Assembly: GCF_009914755.1 (NCBI RefSeq)
Contig: NC_060927.1
Source of the DNA: the human T2T-CHM13v2.0 reference genome, Homo sapiens
Direction: 5' to 3' (one strand)
DNA length: 64,000 bases
Shown piece after piece: positions 21,580-37,864 of this stretch; the stretch's first letter is position 1; each line of letters opens with the position of its first letter. The notes below the pieces were generated by a model, which was given only the letters and a program-made list of their open reading frames with translations, was not told the origin of the DNA and searched no databases. The position numbers and the translations under genes are program-made.

Positions 21580-22890
21580 GCTGGGCATGGTGGTGTGTGC
21601 CTGTAGTCCCAGCTACTTGGGAGGCTGAAGTGGGAGGATCACCTGAGCCTGGGGAGGTCGAGGCTACAGCAAGTGGTGATGGTGCCACTGCACTCCAGCC
21701 TGGGTGACAGACTGAAACTATCTCCAGAAAAAGAGAAAGAAACAAGGGGGGTTAAAACTAGGATTAAGTTTAGAAAAAGTATGTCTTAACTTTTTTTTTT
21801 TTTTTTTTTAAAAAGACAGAGTCTCGCTCTGTCGCTCAGGCTGGAGTGCAGTGGAGTACAGGAGTGGAGTGCAGGCTGGAGTACAGTGATCTTGGCTCAC
21901 TGTAACCTCTGCCTCCCAGGTTCAAGCGATTCTGCCGCAGCCTCCAGAGCAGCTGAGACTATAGGTGTGCGCCACCACGCCCAGCTAATTTTTGTATTTT
22001 TAGTAGAGACGGGGTTTCACCATGTTGGCCAGATGGTCTTGAACTCCTGGCCTCAGGTGATCTGCCTGCCTTGGCCTCCCAAAGTGCTGGGATTACAGGT
22101 GTGAGCCACCGCGCCCGGCCTACGTCTTAGCTTTATTCAATGAGAAGAGGAAGCCAGCTGTTAAAAAGGGGATAATTTGAGTAAAAGGATAATACTTGTA
22201 ATACACAGAAACACATTAAATGTTTTAACCCATGAATTCCTGATTATTATTGAAAAACAACTATAAGTCTTGCTTTCAACTTTGGAAGATGCTTGGTAGG
22301 GCATTATTTGGAAACTGGCAAATAAAGAGATCCAATATTCATCCTGCCTTTCCCAAGGGTAACCACAGTGTTTGATGAGTGTAAGTTTCTCTTTATAGAT
22401 ATATTCTAGCTAATTAATGAGGAAAGAATGTAAAAACTGCAGTATCATCTTTCTGAAACCCTGGTGAAATGAAGTAAAAAATCTGGGCAGCAATCACCAA
22501 TGGCTGCCTGGCACATTATACTTCCTGATCAAAGTAGACAAAATCACCTATGTGATATTCTTGCCAAACAAATAGAACTGGAATTCAATCCATCCTTTCC
22601 AGAGTTAGGTTAAGGCAATATAGGGGATAGAAGACAATGTCTGAAGACCCCACAGGACTGTGGGAACCTTTGCAGGACAAATGACTTGAGCTCTTCAACA
22701 AATAAAAATATGCAAGAGGGAAACAGATGGAGCACTGAAATCTGAAGAGTAAGAGACCTATTGACCAACTACAGTGTATAGACTTTATTTGGATCCAGAT
22801 TTTAACAAATAAACTGTAAAAGTACTTAGGAGACAACTGGGGAAAACTGAACCCAGACTGGATATTTGACATTTGATAGTAAGAAATTTA

Positions 22891-24046
<1,156 letters not shown>

Positions 24047-24258
24047 GGTATGATAACTGTACTCTAGCAATGCTTGACATTTTCTCCACAATGGAATTTA
24101 AAATACTAAAAATTAAAATATATGAAAATAAACCAAAACATGAGGGCCAATATATATACAAAATAATTATTAACAGTATTATTTTATCCAAAAAAAGTTT
24201 TACAAATATGGAAATAAAAAGGTCAATCTCTATTACGGTAAAAGAAAATGAATATTCT

Positions 24259-26397
<2,139 letters not shown>

Positions 26398-26399
26398 AC

Positions 26400-27420
26400 A
26401 GACCTTTATAAAAATCAAGTATTTAATAGGCCATGATAGGTCTGGATTAAAAGGAAATAAAATATCTACAACAAATGATAATAAAAACATTTCAGGTCAA
26501 AAGTTATGAGACAAATCTAAAGCAGTGGGAAATTCATAGATTCAAATAGATTTATCCAGAAATAAGAAAATTAAAAACGAATGAGTTAACCATTCAACTC
26601 ATGAAGCTGGAGACAGCAACACAACAAGCCCCAAGAAAAGCCTGCTCTCCCTAGGCAAAGGATGGCCTATTGAGGCAGAAGACTTTTAGACAATAATCAT
26701 TCTACTAGTCAACACAGAAACAATTATGGCCAACAGCAAGCGGGGGCCTCCACCTTTGCCCAGCTGTCATACAGTGCCCCAGTCACCACCCCACGGGGAT
26801 GGAATGAACTTCCACTCCCTCCCAGCAATAATGAGACAAGTCCCCACCCAAGGTGTCAATGGAGTTTGTGCTGGGGAACCCGGACTTCCACCCATGCCTT
26901 TCTTGCAGTATCAGAGGAAGCCTGCTAAAACATAAAATTTACATAGACCGGAGACTCACAAATATACAGGAGACAATGGAAGAATCACCGGTCATACCAA
27001 GAACCAGAAAAATCCCAACTTGAACAGGAAAAGACAATCAACAGATGCCAACAACACTATGGATGGATGTTGGATTTGTCTTACAAAGATTTTAAAGCAG
27101 CCATCTTAAAAATGCTTCAACAGGCAATTATGAACATACTCAAAGCAAATGAAAAACCAACATGAAAACAGCCAAGTATCAGCCAGGTGTGGTGGCTCAC
27201 ACTTGTAATCCCAGTGCTTTGGGAGGCCAAGGCAGGAGGATCACTTGAGGCTAGGAGTTCAGGACCAGCGTGGGCAACATCGCTAGATCCCATCTCTATT
27301 AAAAGAAACACACACACACCCACACACACACACAACCCCACAAAACCCCAGCAAATCTTAGCAAAGAAAATAAATGAACCACTAAGTAGAAATTTTTAGA
27401 ACTGAAAAATACAGTATCTG
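26400..27420 (+). mobile_element. Degraded ancient L1 (L1M) fragments with an internal Alu monomer
   Basis: A-rich L1-like tracts such as CTAAAGCAGTGGGAAATTCATAG and AAAGATTTTAAAGCAGCCATC; no intact ORF. Confidence 0.5.
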
Positions 27421-27452
27421 TGCTAGAGCAAAAAGGAACCTAGGAAACTAAC

Positions 27453-27626
27453 CTCATGGGCCTTCTCTGGATTAGTTGACTCTTTGGGGCTGGCCCCAGA
27501 CATGCTCTTCCTCCTCTTTGTACTTCCAGGTGGAGACTCCTCTTGAGATCGTTCTGGTCTCTTCAACACTGACCGAGTGCTGGAGCTACACAGGGAAGGG
27601 GAGTCAAACAGCTTGCATCGGTTGTC
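27453..27626 (-). CDS. CDC25A: CDC25A coding exon 9 (DNRCKLFDSP...TKRRKS...EKAHE; basic NLS region)
   Basis: Acceptor CCTGTAAG (AAG type), donor GAG|GTTAGT; 174 nt; visible in ORF 27423..27761(-). Confidence 0.97.
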
Positions 27627-29114
27627 CTTACAGGAAAAAAAACAGACAGACCCATCTTTCATTAAAACCTGTTCACTTGAATGGTAAGACAAATAAACCG
27701 AAGGTTTCCTGGGATGATCTAAGATCAATTCTAAATTAGCCAACAGACACTGCCGATTCATCTAGTCCTAGCAACTCTCACAGGGCCTGGCACATAGTAG
27801 GCACTGAGCACTTAGTGCTCAATGAATATATACTCAGCTGACATTATATAGAGATGAGCAAAACGTCCTTTGCCCTCACAAAAACTGTCTACATAATCCT
27901 GCGTCAAGAGAAGTGTGACCTTCCAGTCAGGAACACATTTTTGGCTTGCCTATCTTCCCCTCCATTTTATTACTTGCACCTTGCTTAATTAAGCAGGTCA
28001 ACGGGTTTAAATACCCCACTTAAATCCAGAAAAGATGCACAGTAGCCAGGTTATAATAAAAATGGGGGCATCTTTGGTTAAGGTATAGTTAAGATGGTAA
28101 ATTTGGAGGGAGTGGGGATGGGCAGAGTAGCAAATGCCTTTCAAAATTGTGTTCAAAGTCTTTTTTTCTACTTGGTCTTTTAAAGACTAATTTCCCAGGC
28201 TGGGCGCGGTGGCTCACGCCTGTAATCCCAACACTGTGGGATCACTTGAGGTCACAAGTTCAATAACAGCCTGGCCAACATGAAGAAACCCCATCTCTAT
28301 TAAAAATACAAAAAAATTAGCCAGGTGTGGTGGTGCGTGCCTTTAATCCCAGCTACCCAGGAGGCTGAGGCACGAGAATCACTTGAAACCAGGAGGTGGT
28401 GGTTGCAGTGAGCTAAGATTTGCACCACTGCACTCCAGCCTGGGTGACAGAGCAAGACTCTGTCTCAATAAATAAATAAATAAATAAAGACAAATTTTCC
28501 AGAGCCCAAGGGAAGCCAATCTGACCAGTGGTAGCAAGAGTCAGCTCTCTAAACGCATCTCAGCCTATTCTCGACTCCATGTGTCTTGGCCTGGCTTTTC
28601 CTTCTGCACAGAATGTCCTTTCACATCTCAGTAAACCATTCATTTTCAAGTTGATGCTAACATTTCAATGTCACTTCTTTGAAATCTTCCTGATAGTCCC
28701 CAGTAGAATGGATCACTCCCACATCTGCTCCCATAGAGACCGGGGATTTTCTTCCTCTTTTGTGTGAAGTTTATTTTCCATTACAGCTCCCAGCAATGGT
28801 TAGTTTGTAATAACCATTTGTGGAAGACATTTCCCCACTATTAAGAGCTTACAAGCCCATGCTTATGACTCTAAAATCAAATCTATAAAACTAACAGCCA
28901 CTTCCAAAGTGTTCTCACATTTTATGTAATTTTATGCCTATCAAAATGACCTGGTAAATTTACTCATAACATTTGTACTGCGTTAACATATTTTCTCAAA
29001 AGCTATGCACATGAATGTACTATAATCCATAAGTGATCTCAAAACTGTAGCTTGGCTGGGCACGGTGGCTCATGCCTGTAATCCCAGCACTTTGGGAGGC
29101 AGGTGGATGGATCA

Positions 29115-29339
<225 letters not shown>

Positions 29340-29341
29340 TC

Positions 29342-29372
<31 letters not shown>

Positions 29373-29699
29373 CTGTAGCTCATTTGTTCTGTAATTATAG
29401 TTCAGGTTATTGAGAATTAAAAAATATGAACTTATCAATTTAGATGTGTACCTAAGGGTGTATATCTCTGAACATACAGGTGTATATATCTGTATAGGCA
29501 CATTCTTGCTTCTAACTTTGAAAGTATCCCTATGATGAAAACACGAATCTATAGCATGTGTATGTGTGTGTATATATATGTGATTTTGAATATATATACA
29601 CACATACACTATAGATTCTGTATCTACATATACTATGCTTTCTGTTTGAAAGTATCCCTGATGGAAACACAAATCTATACTGTGTATGTGTGTGTGTGA

Positions 29700-29700
<1 letters not shown>

Positions 29701-29732
<32 letters not shown>
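29701..29732. repeat. (TA)16 microsatellite
   Basis: Read directly. Confidence 0.95.
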
Positions 29733-29739
<7 letters not shown>

Positions 29740-29773
29740 TATTATATATAATTTTTAAAATCGAAAATATCTA

Positions 29774-30142
<369 letters not shown>

Positions 30143-30543
30143 TCAAAAAAAAAAACAAAAAACACAGAAACAAAAAAAATCCTGTGAGTTACTGTTGCTT
30201 GTCTAATTTTATGCTAGGTTCTGTGGAATATAAATGAGAATAACCTAAAAAAAGTAAAGTATTCAGGCTAAAGGCTTCAGATAGGCTTTTTTCAAACTGA
30301 CTAGATGGTAAAAGCTAGGAATGACCATGGTCCCTCCTAACCCACACTCCTTATACATCAGGAGACATGCAGAGAGATATCATGACTAAAGGTCATAATT
30401 TGTAGGTAGCCAAAGTGAGGCCTAAAACCCAGATCCCCAAATCCTATCATGCATTTCAATCTTTGGCTATACTCAACTAAGGACTACTCTGTCCAGTGCC
30501 CCAATCACGCAGGGCTTCCTCCAGACACACTAGAACAACTCAC

Positions 30544-30615
30544 AAGGTTTGTAGTTCTCATGACGAGAGGAGCTGTCCAGAGGCTTGCCATGCACGAGGG
30601 GGTCTCCTCCTCATT
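30544..30615 (-). CDS. CDC25A: CDC25A coding exon 8 (NEEETPSCMASLWTAPLVMRTTNL)
   Basis: Acceptor TCTTTAG, donor CTT|GTGAGT; 72 nt. Confidence 0.97.
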
Positions 30616-31024
30616 CTAAAGAAACAGAAAAACTGATTTTAAAAAGAGCCTGTAGAGACTAACATTTGTTTAAGTGCTTTAGGTGTGTTTCTCCCTGAAC
30701 AATACCAGATAGGCCTGGATAGGAAGTATCCTTAATGTACCATCCTATACCGTTCTGATTTCATGTTTCTTGCATATAGATTGTTAGTTAGCTCCTTCAG
30801 GGTAAGAAGGATCATGTGTCTTCTTTTGATGCCCCCATCCCCCAATCCAAAGGATTTAATAAGGCTGGTAGCCCTATTATTAAATGAATTATCACCAAAT
30901 GAACAAAAATATCAGCTAAGCAAGCCCCGGGGAACTGCTGTTGCTGTTCTTTTTCACATCACATGCCTTCTCCAGAGGTAATTAATTAGTAGAACAAATA
31001 GGAACACACACACACACACGGTAC

Positions 31025-31159
31025 CTTCAGATTCTCTCCATCGAGAAGGTCCACGAAGCCATCATCCTCATCAGACAAAGTGGCTGTCACAGGTGACTGG
31101 GGTGTAAAAAGAGGAATGAAATTCCCTGGTTCACTGCTATCTCTTTCATTTGAGGAAAG
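31025..31159 (-). CDS. CDC25A: CDC25A coding exon 7 (LSSNERDSSEPG...DEDDGFVDLLDGENLK; DDG motif)
   Basis: Acceptor TTACAG, donor AAG|GTACCG; 135 nt; visible in ORF 30986..31177(-). Confidence 0.97.
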
Positions 31160-32508
31160 CTGTAAGACAAAATTCATGGATTAATAATGAGAGCTCTGAT
31201 CCACTTTCATTTCCTTGGATGGGTCACTAGTTTTTATGATGAAAACATACTATGTTATACTTGTTATACAAAGCAAAATTTTAGCCATTACTGATTATAT
31301 GAAAATGTATCCCAAGATTATAAATGATTTGATGACCACACACAGCCCTGAGTAGTCAGTAGCCTTTACAGAGAACTCTTGCCAGAAGCAATTCACCTTA
31401 TAATGGGTACTAGAGATAGCCTCTTGTGAAGAACAAGGTTTCTTTTATTAGAAGGTTGCATCAGTGAACACCGATCAGCATTGAGGACTGTGACAGTATG
31501 AGAATCTGCTGAAATGAGTTAGGGCAAGCAGATGCAAATCTCTATAAAGACCATAAAATGGCCTAGAGAATGCACTTATATATAACTCCAGTTCTGACGG
31601 GGGAATAAAGGGTAACTTCCTTCTATAAAATCTATCCTCGTTCTTTAGACTTGGGATTTAAATGCTCAGTTTTTAAACGAGGAATTACTGTGTGCCAGAT
31701 ACTACGATATAATCTTTATACATATAATCCAATAGAAGCCTCACAATACACTAAAGGTAGCTAATCCTTTCCTTTTTCTTTAGCAAATCAGGAAACTGGT
31801 GCTTAAGAGGTTACCAAGATTATACACCTCATCTGTTTGACTCCAAAATCCAAACTCTTCTCACCACACTATCTCCCTAGGAGAAAACCATTCCTGGAAT
31901 TAAAATGGCGGTACCTCATTAGCCAACCTATAGTCATACTTTTTTTGGGAAACCTCTAAACATGGAATATAGAAAATTTAGAAAAACTGCTCATAAATCC
32001 ACACCTGAAGATAAATCCTACCAATACAAACACTGCTAATACTGAATTATTTATTTTCTAGGCACTTTCAAATCCAGAAAAAAAAGTTTAGAGTTATTTT
32101 TTTCACAGTAGCAGGGTAGTCCCAATGTTATGACCTACAAGTAATCCTTAAAATCCAAATCTCTTTGGGGTATGAATCTGTTGTTAGTTAAGTGGCCCTC
32201 TGATTTTCTGAGTGGATCATGCACCAAGGAATCCTCTCTGCAGCTGGCCTATTCTGGTTCTGGCATTAGCTTTGCTTCACAATATAAAACAAGTTCTGAG
32301 CAGTCTCTAGTCCTCCCCAAGTGCACACTCTGGGAAATGGCAAATTTTTTTAGCCTAGGGGTAGATAACTTTATTATGGGGCAGTACCTTTATCACGAAA
32401 GCTCACACTATATCACACCAACATTTGTGAGGTATGTTCTGGGATTCCTAGGTGCAGATGTGATACAGGCTCTAGTCGCTAAGCACACACCAAATATATT
32501 GTTTCTGA

Positions 32509-32724
<216 letters not shown>

Positions 32725-33889
32725 TAGGGTCTCACTATGTTACCCAGGCTGTCTTGAACTCCTGACCTCATGTGATCCTCCCACCTCGGCCTCCCAAAGT
32801 GCTGGGATTACAGCCATGAGCCACCACACCCAGCCAGAGATCATTAAATCCTGGTTTCCTACTTATGTATATCCTTTGGTAAATCATCCAAACCTCTCTA
32901 GTGGTACTTTCCTAATCTGTTCAAGTGGATTAACTCCACTTCACAAGACAAGAACATATAAAAGTGCTTTGTGCAAATGATAGACAGAGTAACAATACTG
33001 GCTGAACCTCAGAACACAAAGCAGATTGGAAAGGTATATTTTCAGATTTAAGATCCTAGGTAAACCTGGAAGCCAAATGTGGTCATCTTGCTCAAGTTGG
33101 GCCTCTCCAATCTATAGATGCTATCAGTTAATCCAATTCAGACCAACAGCAGGAAACTTTGGAAGTAATGACAGTCCCTGTCTGGCAAATACATAGCCCT
33201 GAAACGAGTGACCCCAAAACTGCCCAGCAGCCTGAGCATTCACTGTAATCCATAATAGTTCTTTAAAAAAATTAAAAATAAAAAAAATAGAGATGTGGTC
33301 TCACTATGCTGCCCAGGACTCAAGCGATCCTCCTGTCTCAGTTTTCCAAAGTGCTGAGATTATAGGCATGAGCCATGGCACCTGGCCCATAACTGTTCTT
33401 AACAAACCACCTTTGGAAGAAGTCAAGTGCTCTCTCTCCAGTTCCTTGAGAAGCACTTAGAATGCATAGTAAAGACCAAGTTTTAAGTAAGAGATCTAGT
33501 GTTACGGCTCTTTTAAAATTTGTCTCGCAGGCTTTCCGGTTTTTGCCAGAAAGCCCTTAAAAAAAAAAAAAGAAAAAAAGAAAAAAATAGGAAGAGATAT
33601 AATCCCACCATACATACATTTAGGATGACCCAGGATTTCCCAGATTAACAAGGTCGATTATTCCTTGCACAACTCCAATATTTCAAACACCATCTCCCAC
33701 TCTTACTACCGCCTGTCTGTTCTCCAGACACAGCAAAACCACCAAGAATGCTTGACAGTCTAATTTCAAAAGACAAAGTCAAGGTAAAAACAGCTAGTGC
33801 TACTGTAGTGCCTTCAATTCTGGATGAAAGAAGGTGTTTTAATCCTTTCTTCCTGTCAGGAATTCCCCTATGAAAGCCAGAGCACATAC

Positions 33890-34009
33890 CATCCGAGCTG
33901 GGGCAGAGTTCTGCCTCTGTGTGAAGAGATCTTTACCCTCCTGGAGTCCATGAGAGTGCAGGCAGCCACGAGATACAGGTCTTACTGGCTTCTTAAACTC
34001 AAAGGCTTC
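33890..34009 (-). CDS. CDC25A: CDC25A coding exon 6 (EAFEFKKPVRP...RQNSAPARM; S178), symmetric in-frame cassette exon
   Basis: Acceptor TTGCAG, donor ATG|GTATGT; 120 nt; visible in ORF 33839..34093(-). Confidence 0.97.
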
Positions 34010-34643
34010 CTGCAAGACATAGTTGAGACATCTACTGTCCATGAAAACCAACTCAGGCCTCAGCTTGGGTGAAAGAGGCAAGAAAGTGGGCACTGATCAC
34101 CTTTCTGCCTCCAAATTAAAGTTTCACCTAATTCCAACAATAGATCTGCGTAACTAAGAATTTCCAAGGCTCTGTCAACAGCTAACTTCTAAAGTAACAT
34201 CTTTTTCTTGTCATACTGTATTTCCTAACACAAGTATCTGCCAAATATACAAAACACGATGAATAAGCTAAATCACAAACTTTCTGAAATCTAAAGCAAA
34301 AATAAATAAAATCTAATATAATTGCCTGTGAATAGTTGTCAAAATTTTCCATCTAGGTCCATCTGTTTCAGGGCTTCATATTTTCCACCTCTTCCTACCA
34401 ACTGGAGATAATTTTTTCTACTTATAATTATTCTATTCTATACTAAAAGCAATGAAAAAAAAAAAAGCCCTACTGGTTTACTCAACGTGGACGATTCTTA
34501 CAAGCATAATGTTTTTTAAAGCCAGATATGATAGAATACATATCGTATGATTCCACTTTATGGAATGAAAACACTCACAGGTCCCTTGCCCTAAAATATT
34601 CACTTAAGAACTCATAATTAAGTATTAAAAGCAGTAATGGCTA

Positions 34644-34971
34644 GCACTGGCGTGGGTGGCTGAGTTCCCCGTTGCCCTTGGTCTCGGGGTCGCGGTCGGC
34701 ACTGAGGCTGCAGCTATCATGGTGAACTTACTTCAGATTGTGCGGGACCACTGGGTTCATGTTCTTGTCCCTATGGGATTTGTCACTGGATGTTATTTAG
34801 ACAGAAAGAGTGATGAACGGCTAACTACCTTCCGGAACAAGAGCATGTTATTTAAAAGGGTATTGCGACCCAATAAAGAAGTTACCTGGAAGTAAAGACT
34901 GGCTGAATTATAGAATGTTCACATTTTAAAGTTCTGAGAGAAATAAAACCATGAAGAATCAAAAAAAAAAA
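34644..34971 (+). pseudogene. NDUFB1P1: NDUFB1 processed retrocopy (probably NDUFB1P1), antisense in CDC25A intron 5; ORF 34719-34895 is intact (58 aa)
   Basis: [22 protein letters not shown]...EVTWK matches NDUFB1. Intronless; AATAAA 34942-34947; poly(A) tail; 17-bp TSD AAAAGCAGTAATGGCTA at 34627-34643 and 34972-34988 after a TT/AAAA L1 endonuclease site. The pseudogene number is from recall. Confidence 0.93.
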
Positions 34972-36097
34972 AAAAGCAGTAATGGCTAATATTACAGTGA
35001 TTTCTATGCCAACACAGTACTAAGTACTTTCTGTGCATTAACTTTTTAACCATCAAATACAACCTGATTGTCCCGATTTTACAGGTGAGAAAACTAGACC
35101 TTGCAGGTTAAGGAATGTGCCCAAAATATTGAAGTAAAACAGGACAACTCCAGAGTGAGAGCTCTTTAACCACCATCTATGCTGTTTTCCCTTTAAAACA
35201 AAGCTCCAGGCAAGCAACCCTGAGAAGCTATTTCGGGGGAAAACCAGGCATCAGTACAGCTTTGCCCTGGTAAAAAGCACTAGAGGCTGATACACTGTTC
35301 CAAGCACTCAAGGCTGGAACTCATTTCCATATTCTTTCTCATGACACTTCCCAGGTTGATAAAGAAATCATCAGGAGAGTTCATGGAGGCAGTGGGTTTC
35401 ACACTAAACCTGAAGATTGTAAGGACAAGGATTATGAACTGTGGCATTTCAGCAGGAATGGAAAAGGGGAGAAAGTAAATATATAGAAATACAGTAGAGA
35501 GAAGGCTGAAAAAATTACAACTGTTTTGGATGCCTACTCTGTGCAATGTCTAAAAGAACAAAAAAGCCAGGCTCATTCAGGGTAGATAACCAGAAATTCA
35601 CCTTCCAAGCCACCATTTCAGTTACTCTGAGATTCCCTAGAACTTGTTGACCCCGTTCTTACAAATACTGCCAAAGAGCCTTTTCCTAAGCTTACAATTC
35701 ATTTCAGGGTCAGAGCAAAGAGGCAAGGACAGCCTGGGCAGAGCCTTCCAGACAAACACTATTTGTACATGTAATTACTCCTGTGAGCTACAATCTGAGC
35801 AACTCCCGCCTGTCAGGCACCATTTTCAATACTTCATACATAATCTTACTTATTGCCACAACATCCCTAAAAGGTATTACTACTCCTATTTTACAAAAGA
35901 GCAAAGATTAAAAAGAGAAGAATTTGCCAACATCACACAGCTAGTAAGCAGGATCCAAACCCAGAATTCTCTGACTCCAAAGACCGCACATAATGGCCAA
36001 GTTTAGTCTCCCAGAAAGCAGCCCAGCCACTTCTAAGCCACTGACAGCCTGTGGGTTTCACCTCTGCCTCAGGTTAGTACATTGAAGTCACACTCAC

Positions 36098-36199
36098 ATT
36101 TTCCTTGTTCTCATCTGGGTCGATGAGCTGAAAGATGTCATGGTCAAGAGAATCAGAATGGCTCCTCTTCAGAGCTGGACTACATCCCAACAGCTTCTG
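36098..36199 (-). CDS. CDC25A: CDC25A coding exon 5 (QKLLGCSPALKRSHSDS...DENKEN; S124 and the KEN box at aa 141-143)
   Basis: Tandem acceptor TAG|CAG, donor AAT|GTGAGT; 102 nt. Confidence 0.97.
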
Positions 36200-36614
36200 C
36201 TATCAAAGTAAAAAAGGAAAATAATTAAGGCACACAAATAAAATTTCAGTGGAAAATTCAGTTCTCAAAAGAAAAAAAAGGGGGGTTGAATAGGGGGTAG
36301 ACTAGCTCCTCACACACTGCAGTAGGTAACCAGTAAATGTGGCCAGGAATCCACCTTGCCAGGACACAGCCAGGACACAGCATAGAAGTTTCCATTCCAT
36401 GGGTTTACAGCTAACCTCACAAGGTCTACAGTGCCCCCCTCAACAGGGATTACAGTGCCAAATCAATCCCCAAATAACATTTGCATCAAAAGAACCCTTC
36501 CTGGTTTAATAAAGCTCTGTTAGAGATGGAGGACAAATTCCTCCAGACCGAACATCTTGAGTACTTATGAGACTAAGGAAAGGCTGGGAATAGTGGCTCT
36601 TGCCTATAATCCTA

Positions 36615-36857
<243 letters not shown>

Positions 36858-36968
36858 CTAAAGAAAAGCAGTTTTTACTCTCTAAATTAAGTCTCCTATC
36901 AAGGTCATGCTGGTAGCTAAGGAACAGATAACAGGTATTAGCTCAAAATAAACAAGGAACTAACTTAC

Positions 36969-37005
36969 AGGTAGGGAATGTATTCTTCTCATAGGATTTT
37001 CAAGG
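36969..37005 (-). CDS. CDC25A: CDC25A coding exon 4 (N-LENPMRRIHSLP)
   Basis: Acceptor TTACAG, donor CCT|GTAAGT; 37 nt, restores phase 0. Confidence 0.97.
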
Positions 37006-37310
37006 CTGTAATGAGATCAGAAGGTAAATAATGAGAATAAAACAAGTAAAGAGGTATTCATATTAGCAGAGAGATAGTGTTTAGCCTGTAGCTTGGGGGT
37101 ACAGTCACAGACTCCCATTTTAGGCAAGAGATGGGAGAATAAATTTCTGAAGCTGTCCTGTTCTCAGGAGCACCCCCAACACTAGACTTCTAGGTGAAAA
37201 AAAACAAACCCATGTCTTTTCTTAAAATACACACATTCGGCTGGGCGCGGTGGCTCACACATGTAATCCCAGCACTATGGGCACTATGGGAGGCCGAGGA
37301 GGGTATATCA

Positions 37311-37487
<177 letters not shown>

Positions 37488-37821
37488 CTAGCCTGGGCGG
37501 CAGAGTGAGACTCTGCCTCAGAAACAAACAAACAAACAAACAAAAAAACCCCACATGTTCTTGTAAGGCTATGATGTCAGAGCACAGAGTAAGGGTTTGG
37601 GTAAGACCCAAACAGAACACCAAAATTATAGCTAAAATAAAGGAGAAAAAGTTCTGAAAATTGCTGACACAAACTATTCATTCTTGAGATTCCAGAGTGT
37701 TTCTAGGCACAGGTAAATCCAGGGCTCCAGTCCAGTGTATGAAGAACTTCATTTAAATAAGGTATTTAAGTTTAGACACGTTTTTTCTACATATAAACAT
37801 TTGAAAGCAGTGAATACATAC

Positions 37822-37864
37822 TTTTCTTTACTGTCCAATGGCCCAGGAGAATCTAGACAGAAAC
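37822..37864 (-). CDS. CDC25A: CDC25A coding exon 3 (G-FCLDSPGPLDSKE-N)
   Basis: Poly-T tract plus CCCATAG acceptor; donor AAA|GTATGT; 43 nt. Confidence 0.97.

Noticed and set aside
34656-34718. 21-aa N-terminal extension on the NDUFB1 retrocopy ORF
   Set aside because: Starts at a GTG within copied 5' leader sequence; the recognisable 58-aa protein starts at ATG 34719.
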